A model generated the notes under the pieces. The model searched no databases and was not told the origin of the DNA. It saw nothing but the letters and a program-made list of their open reading frames with translations. A program made the translations under genes and the position numbers. Positions 1 through 10,382 of a stretch of DNA of 38,438 nt are shown here, piece after piece. The stretch is from positions 1-38,438 of IMG/VR virus record IMGVR_UViG_2534682287_000008. The stretch is one strand, 5' to 3'. Within the stretch, counting starts at the first letter, position 1; each line of letters starts with the position of its first letter. Source of the stretch: a virus (taxonomy: Duplodnaviria > Heunggongvirae > Uroviricota > Caudoviricetes).

Positions 1-1149
1 ATGCTCACCGTTAAGCAGATTGAAGCAGCAAAGCCGAAAGAAAAACCATACCGCCTTCTCGATGGTAATGGACTGTACCTTTATGTCCCTGTATCCGGGA
101 AAAAGGTATGGCAGCTTCGCTACAAGATTGACGGTAAGGAGAAAGTCCTAACCGTAGGAAAATATCCGCTAATGACTTTGCAGGAGGCAAGGGATAAGGC
201 ATGGACTGCGAGGAAAGACATCTCGGTTGGCATCGATCCGGTAAAAGCGAAAAAGGCTTCGTCTAACAACAATTCCTTTAGCGCCATTTACAAGGAATGG
301 TACGAGCACAAGAAGCAAGTCTGGTCAGTAGGCTATGCAAATGAACTTGCAAAAATGTTTGATGACGACATTTTACCTATCATCGGCGGCCTTGAAATTC
401 AGGATATTGAGCCGATGCAACTGCTGGAAGTAATCCGCAGATTTGAAGATCGAGGTGCAATGGAGCGAGCCAACAAAGCCCGCAGAAGATGCGGCGAGGT
501 TTTCCGTTACGCTATTGTCACTGGTAGGGCTAAATATAACCCGGCACCTGACCTTGCTGACGCCATGAAGGGATACCGCAAGAAGAACTTCCCGTTTCTT
601 CCAGCAGACCAGATCCCGGCATTCAACAAAGCACTTGCAACATTTTCAGGAAGTATCGTATCGCTCATTGCGACCAAAGTTTTACGCTACACAGCCCTAA
701 GAACGAAAGAGCTTCGTTCCATGCTATGGAAGAACGTCGATTTTGAAAACAGGATTATCACCATCGACGCCAGTGTGATGAAGGGCCGCAAGATTCATGT
801 AGTACCGATGTCAGACCAGGTGGTTGAACTTCTCACTACGCTAAGCTCAATCACCAAACCAGTATCAGAGTTTGTTTTTGCCGGTCGCAACGATAAGAAG
901 AAGCCAATCTGCGAGAACGCGGTACTGCTTGTGATCAAACAAATCGGCTATGAAGGTCTGGAAAGCGGTCACGGATTCAGGCATGAATTCAGCACGATTA
1001 TGAACGAGCACGAATGGCCTGCTGATGCTATTGAAGTGCAACTGGCACATGCCAACGGCGGTTCTGTGCGTGGAATTTACAACCATGCTCAGTATCTCGA
1101 TAAACGCAGAGAAATGATGCAATGGTGGGCGGACTGGCTTGATAGATAA
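1..1149 (+). CDS. int: Tyrosine integrase, P4-type
   Basis: 382 aa; N-terminus MLTVKQIEAAKPKEKPYRLLDGNGLYLYV typical of P4-family integrases; C-terminal catalytic region with HxxR...Y context; ATG at position 1. Confidence 0.9.
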   Translation: MLTVKQIEAAKPKEKPYRLLDGNGLYLYVPVSGKKVWQLRYKIDGKEKVLTVGKYPLMTLQEARDKAWTARKDISVGIDPVKAKKASSNNNSFSAIYKEWYEHKKQVWSVGYANELAKMFDDDILPIIGGLEIQDIEPMQLLEVIRRFEDRGAMERANKARRRCGEVFRYAIVTGRAKYNPAPDLADAMKGYRKKNFPFLPADQIPAFNKALATFSGSIVSLIATKVLRYTALRTKELRSMLWKNVDFENRIITIDASVMKGRKIHVVPMSDQVVELLTTLSSITKPVSEFVFAGRNDKKKPICENAVLLVIKQIGYEGLESGHGFRHEFSTIMNEHEWPADAIEVQLAHANGGSVRGIYNHAQYLDKRREMMQWWADWLDR

Positions 1150-1332
1150 AGATCACTCATATATCATTGAAAAATGATATAAATTTTATTTACATGTGTT
1201 ACTATTTTTATTGTAATTGTAGTTTGATTTAGAATATAAACGGAAAAACAAATGAGATGGCACTCATTATTCCAATTTTAGAATAAGCAATATTAATATT
1301 GTCATATATAATTTTAATATAAGGGCGTAAAA

Positions 1333-2340
1333 ATGCAGTGGGCTTATAATTTAAGAGTATTTGCCATTTTTATGGTTGTTGTTATACATGTCACAGCTGG
1401 GTATGTTACTTTCGCAGATACTAACCCAAGCTTCTATGGATCTACACTTTGGTGGTCTGCAAATATTCTTGATTCATTCAGCAGATGGAGCGTTCCTGTT
1501 TTTGTTATGTTGAGTGGTTACTTTTTGATAAATGGAACGGATTCTACAATTAGTTTTTACAAAAAAAGAATGACGAGGATATTGATCCCAGTATTGGCAT
1601 GGACGATGATATATATCACATGGACAATATTTAAGTCCTACATCAAAGGTGATATAACTCTAGGGGTTATAACATCAATAAAACAGCTTTTAGCTGGTAA
1701 ACCATATTACCATATGTGGTTTTTATATATGATTCCTTTTTTATATATTATAACGCCTTTTTTAAGAAAAATAATTGCAAAATCAAGTGATAATGAAGTA
1801 ACAATCCTCATTGTAATATGCTCTGCATTGCCATTGATTAATCTAATATACAACAACGTTGTTGGCATGGAAAACAACAAACCGCAATTTTTCATGATAA
1901 CATTTTTAAATTATATAGGCTACTTCGTTATTGGTGGTGTGTTTAGGGCAAAGAAAACAGAAAAACTTTGCATGTGTACTATATTCACATTAATTTCATT
2001 GATAATAACGGCTATTTTAGCTTATAAGTTTGGTCGAGTGTATTTCTATGACTATTTAAGCTTAAATGTTTTTATTTCATCGGTGTTAATATTCGCGATA
2101 TGTTCTTCAATCAATGGTGGAGAGTCGTTATTATCAAAAAAACTAGCAAGCCTAACACTTGGAGTGTATTTAATACATCCTATTTTTATTGAGCTTTACT
2201 CTTATTTATTGAGACATTTATTAAAAATAAATGCATTCTCTATTGTATACATGCTCTTTATGATAGTGGTAGTTTTTGCATCTTCTTTAGCAGCTAGCTT
2301 GATTATTAGTAAATTAAAGTATTTGAATAAGATAATATGA
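1333..2340 (+). CDS. oac: O-antigen acetyltransferase, acyltransferase-3 family (Sf6 Oac-like); lysogenic conversion gene
   Basis: 335 aa polytopic membrane protein; motif RWSVPVFVMLSGYF; strongly AT-rich relative to the rest of the phage; sits between int and tailspike. Confidence 0.8.
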   Translation: MQWAYNLRVFAIFMVVVIHVTAGYVTFADTNPSFYGSTLWWSANILDSFSRWSVPVFVMLSGYFLINGTDSTISFYKKRMTRILIPVLAWTMIYITWTIFKSYIKGDITLGVITSIKQLLAGKPYYHMWFLYMIPFLYIITPFLRKIIAKSSDNEVTILIVICSALPLINLIYNNVVGMENNKPQFFMITFLNYIGYFVIGGVFRAKKTEKLCMCTIFTLISLIITAILAYKFGRVYFYDYLSLNVFISSVLIFAICSSINGGESLLSKKLASLTLGVYLIHPIFIELYSYLLRHLLKINAFSIVYMLFMIVVVFASSLAASLIISKLKYLNKII

Positions 2341-2345
2341 CCAGC

Positions 2346-2376
2346 AATGCCAGCGCACTTGTCATGCGCTGGCATT
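2346..2376. terminator. Hairpin between convergent oac and tailspike genes (possible bidirectional terminator)
   Basis: Inverted repeat AATGCCAGCGCA-cttgtca-TGCGCTGGCATT; flanking T/A-runs are weak. Confidence 0.45.
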
Positions 2377-2378
2377 TA

Positions 2379-4517
2379 TTAAAATGCCATGGGGAAGTTT
2401 GCTGTTAACGGTATAATAGAATATTCTATAGATGTCGGTGGATTTCCTGATGAATAATAATTACCCCTTGCCTGCAAAACAATTAGCCCACTAGAACCTG
2501 TATAACCAGCTCTAAATGATATTTGTTTTAAATTGTTGTCAGTTGTGTTTGGGTCTATTCTTTCGTCTATTGCTGGCTTTAGATCTTGCGCATCGTGAGC
2601 TCCAGAAGAGACAACAAATGTCTGATAGTTATTTTTAATCCCACCATTAACTTTTACCATTAAGAGATAAAGACATCTGTCCGAAGCGTATCCATTATTT
2701 ATCGCGTAATCCAATTCAATTCTTATTATACTCCCATCTTGTTGAGCTGGTATTTCCTTTCTTAAAAGATATGGGCCACGAACAGAGTTATCGTAAGAAC
2801 TTCCAATATAATTACTTCCACCAACGAATGCGGAATTCATTCTCCATATATCCTCAGCAGAAAATAGACCAGAGCTTATATAATTACCACTCCAGACATT
2901 TCTATTTCTTTCAGGTCTTGCATCTATCACCATACCATTACCACCAAAAAGACAATTTCCATTAAAAACGCTCCCAGCGAAATCAGTAGGATTGATGCAT
3001 TGCACTCTAACAGATTTGTCAACTTCACCTGTAATAATTTGAATTATGTTGTTGGATACGTTATTACCAGCACACCAATCACCACCAAATCCATTGTTAT
3101 TATTATCTAATTTTTGCCCTGAAATTCCGTTAAATGTACGTTGCTCTGAGGGGTTATCAGATCCAACATAATAAATAACATTGTTACATACATTTACCAG
3201 TGATGTTCTTAACCATATTCCAAAATCATTAAGTGGGTTTTTTTCAAAATGAAAAACGTTATTACTTATAGATGATCTTCCTCCAAGACCAACTCGTTCA
3301 CCGCCACTTATTAATAACGTCATGGCTTTTACAGAAACATTCCACATTGTGTTATTATCAATAACACATTCAAGACCTCCGGTGAACGTATCAATTTCAC
3401 ATGATGATTCTTCATTCCTATTTATGAACCTATTTCCTGTTGTTTCCCCTCCTACTGTTGTGCTTCCTATTTTATATATATCTGTATTATAACCTGATTG
3501 CATAAACACATCGAATGTATTTCCTGTTACATGGAACATTGATTTTCTTGGTGTTCCCAAATCTACAGAATCAAGCGTATCACCAAGTATTGTTAAATAT
3601 GGGAATATGCTTTCTCCTGGCTGCATATCTGAATTTGATATATATAAATCTGTATTATCATCAGTCGTACAATAGTTATTTTTAACTGAAATATGTACGC
3701 TGGTTGGGTCCTGACAGTTAACCATGATGTAGCCAACACCGCAGTTAAAGCATTGCATATCTTTTATCACCACGCGCGTTGGTAAATTCGCCAGCCCATC
3801 AGGGTAATCATTGAAAATTACCTGAGGACGCTGGGTGTGGTATGCATTTGCGGTGAACTTACCGCCGATAATCTCTACTGATTTTGCGCCAAGCGGATGG
3901 AAAATATAATCAATGCCATTGAAGGTAAATTCTCCAGTAGAAGCATCGATAATGATGTCTCCTGGGATGGTGACGGGGGCTGTTACATCGTACACACCTG
4001 ATGCTACAACTCTCGTTTTGTTTGCAACCGCATAATTTACAGCTGCCTGTAATTTTTCTGACGCATTACTTCCGGGGAATACCTCGGGGACAACCCATTT
4101 GATGGCATCCTGTACCGTGCCATATGGCATAATCCCAACAAGACCAGCGCCGTCTTGATTAGAAAGCCTAATCTCAAATTGATCAGGGGCGTACTTCAGC
4201 ACATTTGGGAATTTGAACTGCTGTGCACCATACGCATCATAAACAGCCATAGAATGGCCTTGCTCAGTTACGAATTTGGCAATCTGTCCGTTATATACCG
4301 GATATCCAGCAGCATTAATGATGATTGGTTGCGAAACAGGAACGTGAGAGCCGTCTTCGTTCTCCACATAAACCTGAATCTGGTTTTCTGGATTTACCGG
4401 ATCAGTGTCAATTTTACCGATATAAATTTTACCATTGGCTACGGCTTTAAAAGAACGAGCCATAGTGAAGAGTTGCGAAGGCATGCTTACCACAACATTT
4501 GCGGTGATATCTGACAT
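2379..4517 (-). CDS. Tailspike protein: conserved P22-type N-terminal head-binding domain, divergent C-terminal receptor-binding domain
   Basis: N-terminus MSDITANVVVSMPSQLFTMARSFKAVANGKIYIGKIDTDPVNPENQ matches P22-family tailspike head-binding domain; ATG at 4515-4517 with GGAG 8 nt upstream; ORF track's longer start is probably upstream extension. Confidence 0.85.
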   Translation of the reverse strand: MSDITANVVVSMPSQLFTMARSFKAVANGKIYIGKIDTDPVNPENQIQVYVENEDGSHVPVSQPIIINAAGYPVYNGQIAKFVTEQGHSMAVYDAYGAQQFKFPNVLKYAPDQFEIRLSNQDGAGLVGIMPYGTVQDAIKWVVPEVFPGSNASEKLQAAVNYAVANKTRVVASGVYDVTAPVTIPGDIIIDASTGEFTFNGIDYIFHPLGAKSVEIIGGKFTANAYHTQRPQVIFNDYPDGLANLPTRVVIKDMQCFNCGVGYIMVNCQDPTSVHISVKNNYCTTDDNTDLYISNSDMQPGESIFPYLTILGDTLDSVDLGTPRKSMFHVTGNTFDVFMQSGYNTDIYKIGSTTVGGETTGNRFINRNEESSCEIDTFTGGLECVIDNNTMWNVSVKAMTLLISGGERVGLGGRSSISNNVFHFEKNPLNDFGIWLRTSLVNVCNNVIYYVGSDNPSEQRTFNGISGQKLDNNNNGFGGDWCAGNNVSNNIIQIITGEVDKSVRVQCINPTDFAGSVFNGNCLFGGNGMVIDARPERNRNVWSGNYISSGLFSAEDIWRMNSAFVGGSNYIGSSYDNSVRGPYLLRKEIPAQQDGSIIRIELDYAINNGYASDRCLYLLMVKVNGGIKNNYQTFVVSSGAHDAQDLKPAIDERIDPNTTDNNLKQISFRAGYTGSSGLIVLQARGNYYSSGNPPTSIEYSIIPLTANFPMAF

Positions 4518-4638
4518 TTCATTGCTCCAAACGAATGATATGATGCAACCATGATGTAATTGCATACCGAAATGGTACTATTGAGTGTTTATCCAGTAGG
4601 CTACGATGCCATTCCACCCAACTGGTGAGGCATCAAGG

Positions 4639-4899
4639 ATGTACAGCAAATACGACGAGGCGCAGTTTCACTTGAGACTTCCGCATGAACTCCACGCGAA
4701 AATTAAGCAGCGTGCGAAGATGAATAACAGGTCGCTGAACTCAGAGATAATTGCAGCGATTGAAGAATCATTGGCTAAACAAAGCTCTGCATCTGTTTAC
4801 ATTGACGATGCAGAGCGTATGGCAGAACAACAATCTGATATGGTTAAGAAAATTGTCTTTGGTACGCTCAAGGAGCTATATAAAAAAGACAGCAGCTAA
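4639..4899 (+). CDS. mnt: Mnt-like ribbon-helix-helix repressor (immI remnant)
   Basis: C-terminus DAERMAEQQSDMVKKIVFGTLKELYKK resembles P22 Mnt tetramerisation region; N-terminal arm QFHLRLPHELHAKIK; start chosen at MYSKYDE. Confidence 0.75.
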   Translation: MYSKYDEAQFHLRLPHELHAKIKQRAKMNNRSLNSEIIAAIEESLAKQSSASVYIDDAERMAEQQSDMVKKIVFGTLKELYKKDSS

Positions 4900-4988
4900 C
4901 CATCAGTTACGGAGGATTTATGCAAAGAGATATGCTGAACATTGCGTTCTACATATTTGGTTTTTGCACGTTCCTGGTGTTTGCGAAG

Positions 4989-6986
4989 CTATTCTGACAA
5001 CGCATCAGACTTGGCACCCTGAGTAAGGGCGTTAATGGCCTTTTGCGCCTGCTGCATGGCTTTCTCAAACGCTGTTGATCCGCGTGGGGTGTTTGCCATT
5101 CGGAGCATTGCATTTCTGAATGGCTCGCTCTCATAGGCGCGAGTAAGAAGTCCGTAGCTTACTGCTGCGCCAGTTGTCGCCGGGTTCATTGCCGTCCCAT
5201 ATCCGATAATGAACGGGATGGTTTGCTGCCCTGTTGGTGTTGTTACTGCCGCTTTTGCAGCCTGTTGCGTGGATTGCAGGTAGTTTTTCAATCCTTTCAG
5301 ATAAGCAGCGTCCTGCCCCTTAAATGTGATGCCAGTCTGGTTTTGCAGGATGTTAAGCTGTCGAAGGAACTGATCAGGGGAACCACCTGATTTCTCCATC
5401 GCCTTTCCAATGATGCCATTGCGCATTTGCGCCCTGCCAACACGACCAACTGAGTTATACAGAGTCTTAATTTCCGATTTGTTCTTGCTGAATAGCATGT
5501 TGTTGACAACTTCCGGCGTCAGATCGCCTTTCATGAGAACATTCTTCAGCCTGGTATTCTTTAGTTTCGCTGCTTCGTCAGCATAGACGGCATTGGCCTG
5601 CTGATATTTACGGAGAGTATCGTTGCCAAGATTCTGACCAATGGCACCATTGATATCGTCGGTCATTGCCTTGTAAACGCGCTGAATGGCAGCATCGGAA
5701 CGGTTTGGTAACACTGGTCGCTCACCCTTCACGTCCATTCTGAACTGGCTGCGCAGGTCGCTTAATTGCTTCAAATCCAGATTTACAGGACCATCAGGGC
5801 CAGCATTGCGAATAAGCTCATCACGATAGGATTGAAGTTTTGAAATCGTCTCGTTATCAGCGACCTTACCAAGCTTCTGCAGGTTAGATATCTCAGTATC
5901 AATCTGCTGAATTGCTCGCACAGGCTGAATGTTTACTCCAGCCATAGCATTCTGAACCTGCTCCAGTCGATTACCGGCAGCACGACGAATTCCTGATGTT
6001 TTCGCTTTAAGGCTGTCAATAACAACCGCTGGATCATACTCACCGAATTTATCAGCAAATCTCTGCACCAACTGACTTCTCGCTTCCTGTTGCGTTGCTC
6101 TCATTCCGCTTGTGCCAGCCAGGGGGATATTTTCTGCTGTAGTCTGCGCCATTTTCCCGACGCGGGAAGTAGGCTGTAACAGGTCTGTGGTGTGCAGAGG
6201 AACTCCTTCACGCTCTGCAAACCTGATAGCCTGTTGAGCTTCTGGTGCTATCGAACCACGAACACCACGATAAGCAGCACCTAATCCACGTCCGGCAGCG
6301 TTAATAGCACCGCCAGCCAGCACACCAACGCCTAAATCGGTGGCGAGTGCTTCCGCATCATCTTTCGCACTGTTTGCAGCAAGTGATCCAACTGCGTTTT
6401 CTGCTAGAAGGCGAGTTGCCCCCTGAGCAATTCGACCAGCAAGTGTTGGTGCCTGTGTTGCCGCTCTCTCAACGCCAGCAGGAGTGAGGTAAGGCAATGC
6501 TTCAGCAAATACCCTTCCCTCTGTCGTTTGTGGAGTCAGCGCGCCTTGCTGAAGGCCAAAGTCCTGCTCTAATCCCTGCGTTGTTACTCGTGGCGCTGGT
6601 TGATATGTACCATCGCCAATGCCTAGTTTACCGCCAGCCCAAGCCGCCGCGCTTGTTACAGCATCGGCAACTGATGCAGGTATGTTTGCCACGTTCACGC
6701 CAGCCTGCACCAGTCCGCGACCAGTCTCTTTTACTGCTTCACCAAGATCAGACATAAATCCACTTTGCTGTGGTTGTTGCTGTGCAACTGGTTGCTGTGT
6801 CTTCACTTGCTGCACAGATGGCAATGGATAGGCAGCATAGAAAGCTTGCTTAGCCTGCTCTGCATTTTCTCCGGCTTGCGGGGCCACGACTTCATTGAAG
6901 TATTGCTCCTGAGCCTGCGCTTTTTGTTCTGGTGCTAACGCCTGATACTGTGGAGAGGCGATAACATCTTTCCATGCTTTAGCCAT
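4989..6986 (-). CDS. Ejection (injection) protein, P22 gp16-like
   Basis: 665 aa; position immediately downstream of gp20-like gene; Gln/Ala-rich; synteny with P22 7-20-16. Confidence 0.75.
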   Translation of the reverse strand: MAKAWKDVIASPQYQALAPEQKAQAQEQYFNEVVAPQAGENAEQAKQAFYAAYPLPSVQQVKTQQPVAQQQPQQSGFMSDLGEAVKETGRGLVQAGVNVANIPASVADAVTSAAAWAGGKLGIGDGTYQPAPRVTTQGLEQDFGLQQGALTPQTTEGRVFAEALPYLTPAGVERAATQAPTLAGRIAQGATRLLAENAVGSLAANSAKDDAEALATDLGVGVLAGGAINAAGRGLGAAYRGVRGSIAPEAQQAIRFAEREGVPLHTTDLLQPTSRVGKMAQTTAENIPLAGTSGMRATQQEARSQLVQRFADKFGEYDPAVVIDSLKAKTSGIRRAAGNRLEQVQNAMAGVNIQPVRAIQQIDTEISNLQKLGKVADNETISKLQSYRDELIRNAGPDGPVNLDLKQLSDLRSQFRMDVKGERPVLPNRSDAAIQRVYKAMTDDINGAIGQNLGNDTLRKYQQANAVYADEAAKLKNTRLKNVLMKGDLTPEVVNNMLFSKNKSEIKTLYNSVGRVGRAQMRNGIIGKAMEKSGGSPDQFLRQLNILQNQTGITFKGQDAAYLKGLKNYLQSTQQAAKAAVTTPTGQQTIPFIIGYGTAMNPATTGAAVSYGLLTRAYESEPFRNAMLRMANTPRGSTAFEKAMQQAQKAINALTQGAKSDALSE

Positions 6987-8374
6987 TAATCACCCCATAG
7001 TGAAGAAAAGTTACTGCTGGCTGCTGGCTGTGATACCTGTGCAGGTTGAGATTGCTGCCGCTGAGATTTACCAACATTAACGTTATATTGTTGGTTGTAA
7101 TTGTTGGTGTATTCCTGAATCTCACGAATCGACTGCTGCATAGCCTCCGGGCTTGAATAGTCAACCTGCGGCATCCCCTGAAAATACATCTTCGCTTCTG
7201 CAACGGTGTTAATACCACTGGCCCCCATGTCCCTTGCTGCCGCCACACCCTGATTCTGCATTCTGCCCTGAATACGTTGTGCTGAGTTATATAACTGGCG
7301 CTGCTCTTTTCCTGTTAATCGGCTGCGAACATCAGCACCAATTGCTGGATTACCTGCACCGCCTGTCATTCCTGTCATGAAATCGAGAGCAGAAGCGTCT
7401 GCATTTGCGATCGCGTCGATATCCTTCTTCATGGCATAGTTTTGTGCTGATGCAGACGATGTTGCAGGCGCTGCGATTGAACTGGCAGGAACGCGAACCA
7501 TATTCCCCTCGTTGTCGATGCCTTCGTAGAACGCATTAGCCCCAGCGCCGTGAAGCTTCCCGCCTACCGTTACAGTTCTGCCATCTGATAACTGAACTGT
7601 ACGCTCATCATTCCCAGCGGTTCCTCTTGTTGACGCTCGCTGCATTGCCAAATCCTGCCCGCGTCGCGCAGTAGAAGCAGATAAATCCTGACCGCGCATC
7701 GTGATGTTCTGACCTCGTGCTGTTAGCGCCTCTCCGGCCTGATTGCTGCGGATTGTCTCTGCCAGTCTGCCTCTGTCAATCTCACGACCAGCCATCTTGT
7801 CCTGAACATTGAAGTAATCAATCGGACCAAGAGCAGCCATTCCGAGGTGATCAACAAACTCACCAAATCCTGAAGGATTCTGCTGATACATCTGAGCAAC
7901 GTTGTTAGGGTCAACGCCGACGCGCGCCAGTTCCTTGGCGTTGTTTTGCAGCCATGATTGCATTGCTTCTGGAGACGAGGCCGCAAGGCGTGCGCCAGCT
8001 GCTAAGGTGCCGATAGAATTACGCTGCTCTTCATCAATGAATCCCATGCCTTTACGAACGGATTCAATCTGGTCTGGATATTGAGTAGCCAACTGACGCA
8101 AAGCACCGCGATCACCAGACGCATAAGCATTAGCGTATGCCTGCTGAAATTCTTTCTGCCGCTGAGCCTGCTTTTCCTGCTGAAACACCCCCGCAATACC
8201 TGAAAGTCCTTGCAAAGCAGTCAGCCCAACATTGTTAGCGCCTGAACGCTCAATATCATTGTTCTGCCTGATAAGCTGAAGCGTATTGCCGATGTCATTT
8301 ACGCTCGGAGCGTTTGAGTTGACGCCGCCGATACCAGCCAACAATCCGCCATTTGATCCTTGCCAAGTAGCCAT
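6986..8374 (-). CDS. Ejection protein, P22 gp20-like
   Basis: 462 aa; synteny; start and stop overlap neighbours. Confidence 0.75.
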   Translation of the reverse strand: MATWQGSNGGLLAGIGGVNSNAPSVNDIGNTLQLIRQNNDIERSGANNVGLTALQGLSGIAGVFQQEKQAQRQKEFQQAYANAYASGDRGALRQLATQYPDQIESVRKGMGFIDEEQRNSIGTLAAGARLAASSPEAMQSWLQNNAKELARVGVDPNNVAQMYQQNPSGFGEFVDHLGMAALGPIDYFNVQDKMAGREIDRGRLAETIRSNQAGEALTARGQNITMRGQDLSASTARRGQDLAMQRASTRGTAGNDERTVQLSDGRTVTVGGKLHGAGANAFYEGIDNEGNMVRVPASSIAAPATSSASAQNYAMKKDIDAIANADASALDFMTGMTGGAGNPAIGADVRSRLTGKEQRQLYNSAQRIQGRMQNQGVAAARDMGASGINTVAEAKMYFQGMPQVDYSSPEAMQQSIREIQEYTNNYNQQYNVNVGKSQRQQSQPAQVSQPAASSNFSSLWGD

Positions 8375-8383
8375 GATTACCCC

Positions 8384-9076
8384 TTAAAACAACGAACCAA
8401 GCAATCCGATACCAGCACCAATGCCAGCGCCCCAAGGTGTTGATGTTCCCAAAAGGCTGGCAAGACCTGCACCGGCAATCGCACCGGACGTTCCGCCGCT
8501 AATTGCTGTCTGAAGACTTGATGGTTTGTTGGCATTAGCAGCGGCAAGAGCTGCGCTTTGCTGTGCAATGCTGCTCATGTTGTTGGCGTACGTCTGCCCG
8601 GCGTTTGCCTGACCTTGCAGAGCACCAAGCCCAACGTTTGCCAGATTGTTGTAATTGCTCATCTGGTTTGATAACCAAGACTGACCGAGAGTCGGCGCGA
8701 TCGTAGCCAGTTGATTGCTTGTGGCTGTCGAACCAAGTCCCCCCGTCGCCTCCGCAGCAGCAAGATTCTGGTAGCGAGCCTGACCTGCAAGGTCTTTATA
8801 CTGCTGAGAGTTGTAATACTGATTAAGTGCCTGCCCCTGTCCTTCTAAACTGGAAAGATTCTGAAGCTGGTTAACATACTGCTCCGCAAGCGGCGTGAAC
8901 GGAGCAAGGTTTTTCATGATCGTCTGCCACTGCTGATTTTGCAGGTCTGCGGCATACTTCTGAGCTTCTGCGGCATACTTTGCGCTTTTATCAGAACTGC
9001 CACCTTTCCCGCCTTTTTCAGGGCAATAAGGTTCCTCGCCGCGCAGTTTTCTGCCCAGCTTAAATGCATATAACAT
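8384..9076 (-). CDS. Ejection protein, P22 gp7-like
   Basis: 230 aa; C-terminal Gly/Ala-rich hydrophobic stretch; synteny. Confidence 0.7.
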   Translation of the reverse strand: MLYAFKLGRKLRGEEPYCPEKGGKGGSSDKSAKYAAEAQKYAADLQNQQWQTIMKNLAPFTPLAEQYVNQLQNLSSLEGQGQALNQYYNSQQYKDLAGQARYQNLAAAEATGGLGSTATSNQLATIAPTLGQSWLSNQMSNYNNLANVGLGALQGQANAGQTYANNMSSIAQQSAALAAANANKPSSLQTAISGGTSGAIAGAGLASLLGTSTPWGAGIGAGIGLLGSLF

Positions 9077-9078
9077 GG

Positions 9079-9534
9079 CTATCTCCCGTGATTCAGGAAT
9101 TCGATTAGTTCTTCGCGTGTAGCACTGTAAAATGTCACGTCATCCACGCCTTTGAAGTATTTCTTGATGGTTCCTACACGATTAAGGCCAATCATTGCGC
9201 AGTACATCTGCCCGTGGCGGAATTTGCGCGCAGCGAACGATGTGACACACTGAACAGTGGTGTTAGTCAGAATGTATCTCCAGAACGCCAGCCCGATTTC
9301 CTTGCTGAATCCACGAACCTCTGGCAGGTACATGGCGTGGCAATCGAATGTCAGCGGCTGAATCTCCTGATAGTAAACAATTCCGCCGAACTGCCCGTGC
9401 ACGTTCACCTCAAAGTAACGGCATTCAGGCTTGTAGTCGTATCCATCACCGTTGTTGCTCCCGGCGATAATGTCGGGGTGATTTCCCACGGCTTCTATCA
9501 GGTCGATGTTTCGCGTTGGTTTGAACTGAATCAT
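9079..9534 (-). CDS. P22 gp14-like virion protein
   Basis: About 151 aa; lies between tail needle and gp7-like gene; ATG at 9534 overlaps needle stop (TGATG); ORF track start is a GTG one codon upstream. Confidence 0.55.
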   Translation of the reverse strand: MIQFKPTRNIDLIEAVGNHPDIIAGSNNGDGYDYKPECRYFEVNVHGQFGGIVYYQEIQPLTFDCHAMYLPEVRGFSKEIGLAFWRYILTNTTVQCVTSFAARKFRHGQMYCAMIGLNRVGTIKKYFKGVDDVTFYSATREELIEFLNHGR

Positions 9535-10382
9535 CACTGCTCCGCGATTATCTTGATGGTTGTGGCAGTAAACGCCGCACCATTTGACTGAATGGTTAAC
9601 GCGCTGCCATTTGTGGCAAGAAATCCGTCTTTATCCACGCTGAAGAACGTAGCTAACAGGATGTTATCGGTTGTTGTCGCCGAGTTGCGACTGCTTACCA
9701 GCGTGTCAGGAACAGCGCCGGAAAAGGTTAGCTGCATTGACCTGTTGGCGGTTCCGCTGGGCCACGTCCCGACAATCGACAGCTTGAAGAACAGGGTTTT
9801 GTTCTCGTTGAACACAACCATCTTGTTGTTAACGGTGTCGAAGAATGGTGTCAACGAGCCGGATGACGGCGTGAGCGTTTTCAGCAGGCTAACAAGGTTG
9901 GTCGGCGCTGTCGGGATGGTTACTGATACGCCAGAGTAAACAACCTCTGACTTCTTGCGAGTAGTGGCATACTCCAGAGCATCGATGCGCGTTTCATGTT
10001 CTGAAACCTGCGATTCCAGCGACTGAACTCTGGTATCAAGCGACGCAATATCGCTTTCATTCTGAGCGATTCGCGTTTCATGTTCCTGAAGAGTTGATTC
10101 TGCCTGGCTGATTCGCTCCTCATGATTAACAAGCGTTGCTTCCGCAGCAGAAATTCGCTGCTCATGGTCAGCGAGAATCACATCCTGCTCATCGTTCCTG
10201 ACTTGTGCATCATAAGCGCCCTGTCCGGCCTCGTTGGCCTTGTTAGCCACGTTACCAACATCAGTACCCTGTGCAATAACGTACAGCAGATATGACTGCG
10301 AGAAGATATTGCGTGGAAGGATTGATGTATCGAGCCGCGTAGCTTGGATGATTACCGGCACATTGAGATTCGAATCCGCCAT
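9534..10382 (-). CDS. Tail needle protein (P22 gp26-like) with extended C-terminal knob
   Basis: N-terminus [43 protein letters not shown] matches P22 gp26 N-terminus; heptad coiled coil; 282 aa. Confidence 0.85.
   Translation of the reverse strand: MADSNLNVPVIIQATRLDTSILPRNIFSQSYLLYVIAQGTDVGNVANKANEAGQGAYDAQVRNDEQDVILADHEQRISAAEATLVNHEERISQAESTLQEHETRIAQNESDIASLDTRVQSLESQVSEHETRIDALEYATTRKKSEVVYSGVSVTIPTAPTNLVSLLKTLTPSSGSLTPFFDTVNNKMVVFNENKTLFFKLSIVGTWPSGTANRSMQLTFSGAVPDTLVSSRNSATTTDNILLATFFSVDKDGFLATNGSALTIQSNGAAFTATTIKIIAEQ

Noticed and set aside
11-1122. Minus-strand ORFs 11-202 and 865-1122 inside the integrase gene
   Set aside because: Antisense to a well-supported integrase CDS; no independent support
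1707-4514. ORFs 1707-1895 (-), 2771-2965 (+) and 4155-4514 (+) inside oac and tailspike
   Set aside because: Antisense within confidently called genes; low-complexity translations
4518-4638. Looked for arc and ant antirepressor genes between mnt and tailspike
   Set aside because: Only about 120 bp of intergenic DNA; no ORF present
4751-5134. ORFs 4751-5026 (+) and 4949-5134 (-)
   Set aside because: Overlap mnt and the gp16-like gene in alternative frames; no Shine-Dalgarno and no coherent protein features
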